Assembly: GCA_043228905.1 (NCBI GenBank)
Contig: JBHGNT010000018.1
Coordinates: 17,050,001-17,114,000, forward strand
DNA length: 64,000 nucleotides
Origin: Azolla caroliniana
Lineage: Eukaryota; Plantae; Polypodiophyta
Direction of reading: 5' to 3'
The translations under genes were made by a program, and so were the position numbers. Every line of letters begins with the position of its first letter. Position 1 is the stretch's first letter. Below the pieces are notes generated by a model. The model was given only the letters and a program-made list of their open reading frames with translations. It was not told where the DNA came from and searched no databases. Of this stretch, positions 14,030-26,357 are shown in pieces.

Positions 14030-14460
14030 AATCATAGGACACCAAGATTGGCCTACCTACGATATTTGATGGAACGAATTCTCAATTTAAGGGATTTTTA
14101 AATCAAGTATGACTCATCATTTGCCTCGCCACTCGAAAACAAATCTCCATTGTTTAATAATTCAAAGAATTTATTAAAGATTTTACAGTCTACTTTAGAG
14201 ACATGAAAAGTTTTAGGACTTCCATCAATAAAATTAGCCAATTATGACAAGGGGATCATTCAACCTCAACATGTGCAACTCATTTTCATCTTCAAGCATC
14301 AAATATTCCATGGGATGATCAAGTGTTAATGGAATGATTCCGTTTTGGCCTTCGTAATGATGCTAAGGACCTACTTATTGCATTTACAGAAGATCCCAAA
14401 TCACTTAGAAAGCCTTTAGTAAAGTTGTACAATGTGATAATGGACTTTTTGAGCATCGAT
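14030..14460 (+). mobile_element. Degraded chromovirus-type (Tcn1/sushi-like) gag fragment
   Basis: Translates PKIGLPTIFDGTNSQFKGFLNQV and QGDHSTSTCATHFHLQASNIPWDDQVLME*FRFGLRNDAKDLL, matching the capsid pattern PxxFDG..FLxQ / QG...F..LA..WxD...FxxGL..KD. Confidence 0.65.
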
Positions 14461-14462
14461 AG

Positions 14463-15630
14463 TGTTATCCGTGGAACAAAAGGGATACAATGTGAAACGA
14501 ATCTAAGGATACGAGTAGGTAAAGTAGGTAAAAAATGACAATCGGGAATGAGGAAGGTAACGGAATACGTGCAACCGAGAATGAAGGCTGAGAAGAAAGG
14601 ATTGAATGAAGCGCGCCGAGTAGAAAGGGAAGCTATAAAACGAGAAGCAGAATCAGAAGAAAAGGAGATGAGGGGGAGGAATACCCTAGTCTAAGGAGAA
14701 TTACTGTCTAATTGTATGAGAATAGAACTTCGACCGTGAGCCGTGTAACCTTCGCATCTGAATCTATTAATATGTTTAACTTTGTGGATCTAATCTGTCC
14801 AAGCCTCTATCTGTGTTAATTGGATCTGTTGTCTTAATTGCAAGTGCAATTTACAAGGCCGGTTGGGGCCAACTGTTTTTCATAATTAATTAGTTGTGCA
14901 ATCTTGGGTTTCTTGTCCACCACTACGTACCACGACCTCTTGACCCGATTACCTGAGAAGTAATCGAAGGTGTGATCTTGGAGTGGAGATAACACAATTT
15001 GGCACGCCTGGTTCATGTTGTGCAACACAACGAACAACGTAGGTGGCAACCCCCCAGCCACCATTACGGCGCCCAATCACACCACGCATTCTCAGCTACC
15101 TTCCTGCCACACCGAGCCAACCGAGGAAACTGCCGACTCCGCGCTCACACAACAATCATCGTCGGAGCCCCAGGAGTCGCACCAATCACCAGTAGCAGCC
15201 CCTAACACACAGTCGCACATAGGCTCTGACATCGCCCCACCTTCGAGTCCTCCCGTAGTTACCCAAGCCAAGTTCAACCCCTTTCCGGCGTTATCAGAAG
15301 ACCCGAACTTCGACACCATGCCTTACCCATATCCCCGTTATACGGATGACCCTGACACAGAGTCTCACATCCACTCTTTTGTGTCGACTTGGCAAACCAA
15401 CCATTCGACGCAATGTCTTATCAGTGCGGAGGTCGATGCCTCCAAAATTGCTGGATTCACACTGTCCCTCGATGGATCCACGGCCCAGTGGTACTCCCGA
15501 CGCTGTCCTCGGGATTTTGCGATGTTTCAAGAAGTTCGCACTCAATTCCTTGAATTTTTGCACCGTGCAATACCTAAACGGGAATTGCTTAGCCAGTTCT
15601 ACGCTATATTACAGGAACTGCATGAGACAG
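14463..15630 (+). mobile_element. 5' part of a Ty3/gypsy element: LTR 14463-14994, PBS at about 15000, gag interrupted at 15630
   Basis: Terminal inverted repeat TGTTATC...GATAACA, then PBS-like TGGCACGCC (tRNA-Arg type). ORF 15015-15692 has gag-like FTLSLDGSTAQWY...FQEVRTQFLEF...FYAILQ and is cut by the next LTR. Confidence 0.75.
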
Positions 15631-16255
15631 TGTCACGGAATTCCGCAGGTACGTGTAGGATCTTCGGCGGGACCACGGGGGTCTTGGACTAGGGAGTAGA
15701 GGGGGAATGGGAGCTTAACCTTCGACCTTAGAGGTCAAGAGGAAAGGAGAAAGAATAAGAGGTCAGCATGGTAGAGAAAATAGAGACAAGATACATGAAC
15801 AAACTATATTAAGAATCCATTATACGATTACAACCATGGCCGCGTAGGCCAAATCAAAACCCTAGAAGAAACCCTAATCGGATAGGTAAAGAAGAAGAAG
15901 AATGAAACCCTATGCGAAACCCTAAACTGAAACCCTCAAAATGGCGACTCCCTAAAGAAAACCCCAAAAGTGACCCCTCACTCCCTTTTATAGTAGTAAG
16001 GGGTGAGGCACTTACATAAAGAGGAGTCAAATCCCCTTTCCTTTAATGGGGAATATCTCCCATGATCTTAAATCAGTGAGCCTTTAACTCTCTCCCATCA
16101 CGCTTTCAATGCCACCACCCATCATATTTGTACCCCCACGTACTCCCCTTTCCTACGTGCCCATGTGCACACAAGTCCACATCATCATATTTACACTCAA
16201 CGAATTTTTGTAGAACACCTTACACTTTACATTTGCTTATTTACTCCTAGGTTAC
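15631..16255 (-). mobile_element. Partial LTR related to family A (the tRNA-Trp element family)
   Basis: Starts TGTCACGG and shares GGCGGGACCACGGGGGTCTTGGACTAGGGAG with the LTRs at 23937 and 33209, plus the CCTTTTTATAG (minus-strand TATA) block. Interrupted at 16256. Confidence 0.7.
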
Positions 16256-19114
16256 TGATAGAGAGATGATAGAAAGAAGAGAGAAGGAAGATATATAGAT
16301 CCAAAACAATAGAGATTTATTCATAATGAATGATTATGGTATAAATAAGAGAGAAAGAAGATACATAAACTGAAGCCTACAAGGATAAATTGATCACTAG
16401 AAAAACGCACTACATGAATAGGCAAGAAAAACACCACAAGAAAGAGACTCCACCACCACCTTACTCTTCTTGCTTTATATGAAGTTCTCCTCTACTAGAT
16501 AAGTTTCCCTTGCTTTCTTTTCCACACTTTTTTTAGAAGTTTTCCATCTCCTATTCTTAGTTATGACACAACGATCTTCTAATTGTTATATCTCCCTCAT
16601 CCAAGCTCCAAATTTAGAGCTTTAAAAAGATACCGATAGCTCTCTTCATAGGCTTTCTAACCCATATTTGAACATGATATTTGGCGTCATGAGCGTTCGT
16701 TTTAGACTGTGTTTTGGTGGCCCACTTTTTCCTTCTTTTACTTTTCTCCACGTGTCTTGCTTTTTGTTTGACTTATCCTCAAGACCTTGGTTCGTGATCT
16801 TGCCCTCCGGATGTGAACACGCCATACCTTATATTCTTGTAGACTTCAATACCTTGAATTCTAAAAACACTTTCACATTTAGCCCTCCCCCTTGCTTTTT
16901 GGTGAACCATTTATGGTGAACCCTAAGCTACTAATAAAACCAAAACTTCTCCTTCGCCTTATTCATGGCTATAGACAAAGAAGGAGAGAATAAATAAAAC
17001 AAATTATGTGAGTAAAACCCCCGCTAGTCGGTAGAAAAAACCTCACACTCCTAGACACACACCCACACACATTGACAATTGTCATCACCATCTTTCTCCT
17101 TGTCAACACAAAGAAAGAGGTTACCACAATTACTATGTCTTTGTCAACTCTCCAAACACGAGTAGGTCCATGCGATACATAACTCTTGAGAGAAGTAAGC
17201 ATGTCAACATATGAATAAACCTTTTGCGCGAGTGAACCTTTTGCACAAACACCTTCAAAGCTTTGAGACTTGTCAGAGTTGTCACCTTTTGAATTACTTT
17301 GATCTTTGATTCATCCATATAAATTCCTTCTTGGCATACCACATTCCCCACACTACCTTGTTTTCTATAAATGACTATTTCATCTACAATCTCATCTTGG
17401 AAAGGAAGTGAAAATTGATCTTGTTTGGTTGAATCAATCAAGGGTTGGAAGTTGATGTCTTTCTCCTTTGGAACCACAACAATAGGTGAGACAAACTTCA
17501 AATCCTCCAACTTGAGGTGGTGCTTGATGCCTTCTACTCTTATCTGTGAATAGTCATTTATGAATAACTTTGGAAACTTAAAAAGAAGGGAATTAAACCT
17601 TAGATGTTCTTCTCCTTGGACATCGTTTGAAATCTTCTTCTTTTTCCCTTCTTCAATGACTTCTTCTTCCTCCTTAGACACCATGTGGAATGATTTGTTT
17701 TCCCTATCCCATGAAGATTCATCAATTGCTATGCTTTCCTCTTCCTGCTTGCCATTGTCGATAGATGATTCCTTCTCTTTTATACATTTGATTAGTTGTG
17801 GTGGATCCTTTGATGGTGATAAGTTCATGATACTCCAATCATGCATTACAAGTAATTCTCTTGGCTCTTGATCAAATTGTTGTTGAAGAGTTGATGCCCA
17901 CATAACTTTGTTGCTACTCAATGCAAATCCAAAACACAAATCTTGCACGAACACCTTCATACACTGCAACTTGGCATTTACCAATGCTTCCTTACATGCA
18001 TTGATCTCCAAAAGCCAATCTCCAGCTATCACTTCGAGGTTACCTTCTTCATCTTGCAACTCCCTTGTGGGTACTTCACCATCAATAACTTTTTCTGTCA
18101 TATCTTCCATTTCATCTTGCACATATTCATCATCAACCACCATATCGCTTGTTGTATCAATAATGTCCTCCACATGATGTACATTGGCATCACCATCCAT
18201 AGCATCGCTTCTCATAACAATCTCCTTGGATTCTTCTTTCACATCATCATTCTTTATATCATGGTTGTCCTCATGAACTATATGGGGGAACTCCACATTC
18301 ATCACCTCTTCTTCTTTGTCTCTGGAATCACCTTCAAAGACATCATTATAACTCCAAAAATTAGAATAATGATATGAGGGAACCTGTTGAATCAGACATT
18401 GTAAGTATGTTGGTTGTTGGCTCATGACCGATCCACAATTATTATAGCTTGGATTTATGGTATATGACGTCGACACTCCATATGCTTCACCGAATAACAG
18501 CTTCTTCAATTGTTGATCATAACTTTGACATACTCAAAGCAAATCATGGAAAGACCTTGGGTACTTCATATGCACTTCATATTGAAAATATGGATCTAGC
18601 CCTGCTTTGAATCTTTGCATCTTGAAGTATACATCTTCAACGCCTCCAACAAGTCGAATCCAAGTGGACCATATATCCAAAAACGTCTTCTCATACTTGA
18701 GGTAGCACATTGATGAAACCATACGCAATTGGAAAAGTTCTCTTCGTAGATCTGTTGCATCGCGAACTCCATATCTTGCCATCAGTTTGATGATGAATCG
18801 GTAGATCCAACCATGAATGAGTGGACAACCGTTCCTCCCGTTATACGGAAATGATCGGCCCTCCCTAGAGCGCCAAAAATGATAGAGAGATGATAGAAAG
18901 AAGAGAGAAGGAAGATATATAGATCCAAAACAATAGAGATTTATTCATAATGAATGATTATGGTATAAATAAGAGAGAAAGAAGATACATAAACTGAAGC
19001 CTACAAGGATAAATTGATCACTAGAAAAACGCACTACATGAATAGGCAAGAAAAACACCACAAGAAAGAGACTCTACCACCACCTTACTCATCTTGCTTT
19101 ATATGAAGTTCTCC
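16256..19114 (-). mobile_element. Internally deleted non-chromovirus Ty3/gypsy element (3' LTR 16256-17087, truncated 5' LTR 18880-19114)
   Basis: 18880-19114 repeats 16256-16495. LTR termini are TGAT...ATCA, PPT at 17088-17100 and PBS-like TGGCGCTCTAGGGAG at 18875-18861. gag-like ORF 18534-18782; ORF 17133-18509 carries RT scraps (SPIVVVPK, DQFSLPFQDEIVD, GNVVCQEGIYMDESKI). Confidence 0.8.
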
Positions 19115-19591
19115 TTCCACAAGTAGGGGGAGTCAAGGCGGCACCGGAGGGCGGCATGAAAAGGCCGACACGGAATGTTGGTACTGTGGTAAAAAGGGCC
19201 ACAGAGAAAGCGAGTGTCGGAAGAAGCGCGCCAATTCGGACAGATCCAGATCCAGCAAGGCCGGCAGAGAGAACCGGCAATACTCGCACTACGCAGAAGG
19301 ATCGGGAGGATCCAAAACCGGAAAAGCTGGTAAAGGGCCAGCCTTGGTGATGAAACACGAGGCTAACTCAATGAAGAAGACCACTTCCAAATCGGAGGAA
19401 GTGTGGTACGTTGACTCCGGTGCCTCGAATCACATGACAAACCACAAAGAGTGGTTCTCTTTCTTGGAGAAACCGGAACAACCGGGAGTTGTCGAAACCG
19501 AAGACGACACTCCTCACCTAATCATGCATGTCGGAGAAGTCCCTTTGAGCCACGTCGGATAGAGGGGGAAGCTGATGAACGTATTACACGT

Positions 19592-20252
19592 TGTCAAGGT
19601 ATTCCTCGCGGATGCGTGGAACGAGGCGGGACCTCGGGGGTCTTGTACCGAAGAGCAAGAGAGAAAAAGGGGAAGGGAAGAGACCCACTAGGTGCAAGCG
19701 TAGATTCACAGGGGCACGACCCTTCGACACAAAGACGTGAGTGCGACAGCGACACAGGAAGACACAAACGTATGGATGTATTAACAAAGACAACAACAAG
19801 AACACGGAAGCAACAAAAACACGAAGTCGGTTACAACCGAACAGGCCGGCGAACAGATGCCGATGCCTGTTCGTAAATGCACAGAAAGACAGGAACAGGT
19901 TGGAGGTGCTGCCGGAAGCACTCAGGCATTCCTCAGAGCAGCGCGAGCCTCCCGAAACCTGCACAGAAGGAAGCTATGGAGTTTGCGAACCAGAGAGAGA
20001 GAGAGAAGCCTTCGCACCCAAACCGACAGCACTTCGTCCTCGACCCTCCGCGATCCCCCTTTTCTCCTCCTCGTCTCCCTCCTCTTATAGGCAAAAAAAA
20101 GAGAGCCGTTTCCTATTAACTCCCTACCTACCGAATCTACCTACCTAGGATCTTCTATGTACAACATTCTTTCCTATGTACAACGTGCAAGAAGAGCCGG
20201 TCCCTACGCTCCGGCGCACCGATTCCGCTTGTGGACGGTTTTCTTCACGACA
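19592..20252 (-). mobile_element. Solo LTR related to family A, 4-bp TSD ACGT
   Basis: Termini TGTCAAG...CTTCACGACA. ACGT lies at 19588-19591 and 20253-20256. Removing the LTR and one ACGT restores the copia frame NVLHVPTITKNL. Confidence 0.85.
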
Positions 20253-23200
20253 ACGTTCCGACTATCACGAAGAACCTGGTGTCAGTTGGACAGATTGTCG
20301 ACCAGGGAATGCAGGTGCGGTTTATGCACCTCGGGTGCTTCATCGAGGAAGAGGGCCAAATCATTATGCAAGGGCGTAGAAAAGAGAGGATGTTCATCCT
20401 CGACACCAATGACGTTGGCATCGCTTTGTTCGCCAAAGGATAGAAGATTGAATCGGACATCGATCTCTGGCACAAGCGGATTGGCCACGTCAATTATCGG
20501 AGGCTTCAAGACCTACAATTGAAACAAGTTGTTTTCGGTTTGCCAAAATTTAGCGGCCAGAAGGCCGAAATTTGTGAAGCCTGCCAACTCGGGAAGCAAC
20601 ACCAACTTCCATTCCCCATCGAACGAAACCGTAGCCGCATTGAGTGGAAGAGCGAAGTCTTCGAGTGTTTTCGGAACCTGCAAAGCCTGGTTGTACAGGA
20701 AACGAAGAGGAAGATCAAGTGCCTGCGGTCGGATGGCGGAAAAGAATATTTTTCTGGTCAATTCAACAGTTATCTACAACAAAAAGGAATTCGGAGAGAG
20801 TTCATCTGCAAATACACACCAGAGCAGAACGATGTGGCCGAGAGGACGAACCGATTGCTTATCGACGCGGCAAGGGCGATACTAGAGGAGAAGAGCATGC
20901 CCAAATTCTACTAGGCTGAGGTGGTCCGGACGGCTGTCTATATCCAAAACCAGATCGGTGACAAGGTGTCCACGCATGAGCTATATTTCGGGCGCAAGCC
21001 GAATTTGCGACACCTTCGGATATTCGGTAGCATTGCATATGTGCATGTGCCGGATGAGAAACGTAGGAAGTTGGATGCAAAGTCGGAGAAATGCATCCTG
21101 GTCAGTTACTTGCATGAGCAAAAGGGGTATAAGTGTTATAACCCCCAGACGAAGTAGGTCCGAGTTAGCCAGGATGTTGATTTTGATGAGACGGCATCAT
21201 GGTATGGCTTACCGGCTCCGACTTCCGACCCCGACCCAATACCGGAGGATGAGGTTAGTGAGCCTGAACCGGTCCAGTTAGAAGATGAAGGGTTCGAGAC
21301 TCTAGATGTGAGTCCGGAATCGTTTCGGTTAAGTGGACCGAATGAGCGGATGAGTAGGGATGACCAGTCGGATGAGGAACCGACGAGTAATGGAGACTCT
21401 GCCGTCCTCTCCAGCACAAGGAACTGAGGAGACGGTTCACGCGCAAAGAGAAGGGGAAGAAGAAGATGCCGGAATACGAAACCAGCAACGTTGAGTCGGA
21501 TCGGAGCGAATTTGACTCCGGTAAAGAAGAAGGCGGATCTTCGGGAACGAAGTCCAAACCGGCCAAGAAGGGCCTCAAACTAGGTAACGGTAGATTACGC
21601 CGGTCTTCCTGCCAAAAGAACCCCGTGAAGCGGTATGGGTACAATGAGTACATGGCGTATCACTATGCGTACAAAGTGGTTGAAGTGCGTGAGCCGGAGA
21701 GCTACGCAGAAGCGGCAAAGGACGCAAATTGGCGTGCCGCTATGGAGGAAGAAATGCGGGCACTTGATGCCAACGACACATGGGACCTAGTTGTCCCTCC
21801 TCGACACTGTAAACCGATCGGATGTAAGTGGGTGTACAAGGTAAAGTACAATGTCGATGGTTCGGTTAACCGGTACAAGGCCCGGTTAGTGGCAAAGGGA
21901 TACATGCTGACCCACGGAATCGACTACGACGAGACCTTCGCTCCGGTAGCGAAGATGACGACGGTTCGTGTGGTATTGGTGGTTGTTGCGGCAAGGGGTT
22001 GGCATCTTCACCAGATGGACGTGAAGAATGCATTCCTTCAAGGCGATCTTGAAGAAGAGGTCTTTATGACTCAACCCCCCGGTTTCCAGTCAGAGATAAA
22101 CAAGTCGGTTGTATGTCAGCTGAAGAAGTCACTTTATGGCCTGAAGCAAGCCCCTCGAGCTTGGAATGTGAAGATCACGCACCAGTTGCGTAAGATGGGG
22201 TTTGTGGCCTCCAAGTCCGACTCTTCGTTGTTCATCCGGCAAGGTCCGGATGGTCCGGTTTGCATTTTGCTGTATGTTGATGATCTAGTCATCACCGGAC
22301 CCGGACTTGATGAAATCAGCGTAGTCAAGTCCCAGTTGTCGGACGCATTTGAGATGAAGGACCTGGGGGACCTTCACTATTTCCTTGGGATCGAGGTGAT
22401 CCGAACCCCCGACGGCATATTGCTCTCACAAAGACACTATGTGTTGAATATGTTGTACAAGTTCGGCATGACGGAATGCCGACCGATCTCCACACCCCTG
22501 GACCAGAACCAGAAGCTTCATCCCAACTCAGCACCGGCCTACGATGAGAAGCGGTTCCGACAAATCGTTGAAAGCCTTATATATTTGACAATCACCCGAC
22601 CCGACATTAGTTATCTGGTTGGCGTGATCAACCAATATATGCAGAAGCTGACCGTGGAGCACCTTTTATGCGCGCATCGAATTTTGCGATATGTGAGCGG
22701 CACGAAGGACCAAGGATTGTTATACCGGCATGGTATAACCGAAGAGCTAGTCGGCAACACCGATGCCGACTGGGCCGGCGATGCATCAGATCGCCAATCC
22801 ACCTTCGGCTATATGTTTCCCTTGGTAGCGCAGCTGTTGCGTGGAGCAGCAAAAAGCAGCCAACAGTGGCCCTTTCGAGCACTAAGGCTGAATATCAGGG
22901 CGCTACCGTTGCCACCTGTGAAGCCATTTGGCTTCGGCGATTGTTGCAAGACCTGCGGATCGAGGTGCCGACCCCAATCCTGATCTACTGCAACAACATA
23001 AGCAGCAAGCAGCTCGTCAAGAACCCCGTATTCCATGCTAGCACAAAGTACATAGAAGTGCATTACCACTTCGTGCATGAGTGTGTCCTGAGTGGTGAAG
23101 TCGAACTCCGGTATGTTCATACAGATCGACAAGTTGCCGACATCTTCACCAAACCGCTCGGATAAGATAAGTTGCAGCACTTCACCGAAATGCTTGGTGT

Positions 23201-24066
23201 TCAGCATCTCAATGTGCCACACTTGAGGGGGAGAATGGGCAATGATACTAGAACGGGCAAAGGCAAAGAAATTGTTGATTGCGCCGGTGAGGGAAGAACC
23301 AACAAAGGTAGAAACAAGAAGAAGAAATGAGCCGAGTCGACAAAGGAAATTGACACATCCGAACAAGTCGGAACAAGCGGCAGTGGCGGCAAAGTCAAGA
23401 AGGACAGAGCCAGCCAGAAGAAGAAGGCCAAGACCCAAACATGGTCCGATGTGGTGAAGGGCCTGGAACCGGAAGATCAATCGGGAGCGACCGATTTGGA
23501 CAAGAGCTGGAACGAACTGGAGACATCCGATTCGGTTCAACAGACAGATTCGGAAGAACCGGATCAATTCAAGGCCAAGAGGACGAGAAGGCAGCAAAAG
23601 TCGACGCAAACACGAAGGAATCGGCGAATCGGCAAGCGCCAAAGGCACAGCAACGAGGGAGCTGAATTGGGCTTGTGGAGCAGACAAGCCGACCGAGGAG
23701 GTCGAGGTGCACAAAATCAGAAGGGTCGCGATAAAGGGGACTGGGCCGGACGAGGAGCGCGAGCGAGGCGGTATGACGCCAGAAGGAGCCGGGGGGAAGG
23801 ACCGGCTGCCATGAAAACTAACACTACGATCCGACCTCAAGTTGAGCTTGAGGGGAAGTGTTGAGCGGCAAGCTCAACCGGATCCGGATCGGCTGGATAA
23901 GCCTGAGCCGGATCAGTATCCAGAAGGATGAGCCGGTGTTGCATTGTTACGCGCGTGCGTGGAGAAAGGCGGGACCACGGAGGTCTTGGACTAGGGAGTG
24001 ATGGAGTGTAGGAAGTCGTGCTTCACCGTTACCGAGGCATCCCAGAGACACACCGGAAGCAACCGA

Positions 24067-24119
<53 letters not shown>

Positions 24120-25478
24120 CCGACTCATGCACACACACACACCCGCACACACACACACCAACCCGACCCACGCCTTATGTACAGAAAACGCAGGAGAGGG
24201 TAAGCACCCGACGCCAACAACGACGCGAATATACACAGACAAACGTATATATATATATATATATATAGAAGAAGAATACATTCCCGGCTTCGAGCCGGGC
24301 TGAGGTAGTTTACAGTAGTCGTCTGTTGCCAAGCCGCCGTCGGGGAGCTCTCAGCTCGTCACGCCGAGCGGGGTCTTGCACAAGAGATGAGCTGTAGCAA
24401 ACCCTAAGCGAACACGAAGAAGAAGAAGAAGAAGAAGCTAACTCTAAACCTAACGGTATACCCTCTAATGCAAAATGGGCAACCCTTTTACAAAGGGCGT
24501 TCCCTTCCTTTTATAGAACAAGGAAAGGGAGGCATTACAATGTGGGACAAATCCCAACTTACATGGGATCGTCTGTCCCGACTTGACTACCCTTCGGCGC
24601 CATAAAGGCGCCCTCGATATTCACACTAAATGTACATGGGTGCGTACACACGCTGCACCCCGCCGATGTAGCCAATGTTTCCCGGTTTTCGCCTCTGGCC
24701 GAAATTCTTCACAACATCCACCCCCACCTAACTGCACATCCACCGGTATGTGCCAAGTCCGGTTGAAGGGTGAGAGATTTTGGCCGGTGAGAAACCGGTC
24801 TTCCGTGATCCGCATCCCGGCTTGCTGCCGGTTTGATCCGTCGGCTTCGAGTCTTCCGTCGCGCTCGCCTTCCTGTAGGCTCGTTCAACCCGTCGATGGG
24901 TCCTCTGCCGCGATCTCCGTAGTACGCGTTCTTCCGTTGGCCCTTGTTCAGCCGTATGAACGCCCCGCTTCCCACCGTATGCCCAATGTCCTCCGCTTGA
25001 GGCATGCCCGTAGTGGCCCGCTTGGCCTCCGTTGACCCTTCGTGATGTTGCAACAGGTCCCGAGTCTTCCGCTTGCCGTCGTCCCCTCGCCCCCACCAGC
25101 TTGTCACCCCGGCTTGCCATGTCAATCTTCGTTACTTCGACGGAGCTACCGAGATCTACGAAGCGAGTGTGGAGGATCCTCCTCCGGCCTCTCTTGCCAT
25201 CCTGATTCCGACCCTGTGCAGTCCACTAGGCACTTGTCACTTCGTTCTCGGCACCTCCCTTGTGCCGTCTTCCGCTTCCTTCGTTCGGCCCCGCCCGCGC
25301 CGAACACCGTCTCGTAGTCACACTTCGATCCGGCCCGCGATGGCCATTTGCGAGTCTCTTGTTCTGTTCTAGGTGTGCCTTTCCGGCCTGACACACCTCC
25401 CCGCGTTTGCCCCTACCGGCTCCTTCCGAACCTCGTGTCGTCGGGTCTCGTTCCCTGCCGCCACTGTCCTTCTCCCTC

Positions 25479-25968
25479 GGTCTCACGTTGCCACGTTGGC
25501 CGAACTGCCGGAGTCTCCAGATCAGTGTGAGGGTCCCATAGGACCGGACTCTGTTTCTATGCTTGCCGAATTCGGGTGTCTTTTGTTTGAGTCCCTCCCG
25601 GACTCTCCTCATGTCTTCCGCGTAGCCGGGTCCCGTTTCCCGCTGCCACCTTCCTTCTCCCTCAGTCTCACGTTGCCACGATGGCAGCACAGCCGGAGTC
25701 TCCGGAACCGGTGTGGGGATCCCGTAGGACCGGACTTCCTTACGCCCATTGTCTTCGTCACCTTGCCGCCACCGTCAGTATCTTGGTCTTACGTCGACCG
25801 CGTTGCCGACTGCCGAAGTCTCTAGAACCGGTGTGAAGGATCCTCCGTCGACCGCCCTTCCGTAGCCCTTGCCTTCGTCACCTCGCCGCCACCATTAGTA
25901 TCTTGGTCTTACGTCGACCACGTTGCCGATTGCCGAAGTCTCTAGAACCGGTGTGAAGGATCCTCCGT
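25479..25968. repeat. Internal tandem repeats of the family A element
   Basis: 25479-25550 resembles 25664-25737, and 25750-25848 resembles 25871-25968 (about 120-bp period). Confidence 0.8.
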
Positions 25969-26357
25969 AGGCGTTCGTCGCCTTCTTGACCCTGTCCCGG
26001 GTCGTCCTTTTCCTCATGCCGAGAGGGCAATTTACTCCGCACCCTCTCCCGTGGTACCGACGTATCGTGTCCTCGGCCTCTTCGTAGGCCTGCTCTCTTC
26101 CTCCCTCCCGGAATGGTTATCCGGGAGTCCGCTCCGCCCGGTTCTCGTCCGTAATCTCGACCTTCGCCCGGTCGGTCTTTCTCCCCATGTAAAAGAGGGC
26201 GGCTCGTCCCGCACCCCCTTCCGTATCGGCACCTTTATGCTGAGTCCGGCCTCGATCGAACGGCCCACGACCGGATCACACTCCACCCGTATCGGAATGC
26301 CGATCTCCACGTGCCGTGTCCGTCCTCGGCCTCCTCGCAGGCCTTTTCCCATCCGTC

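Noticed and set aside
22809-23840. 343-aa antisense ORF at the 3' end of the family B copia as a possible env-like gene
   Set aside because: Its hydrophobicity mirrors the purine-rich sense strand, and it overlaps RNase H. A shadow ORF is the simpler explanation, though it is not excluded without a family consensus.
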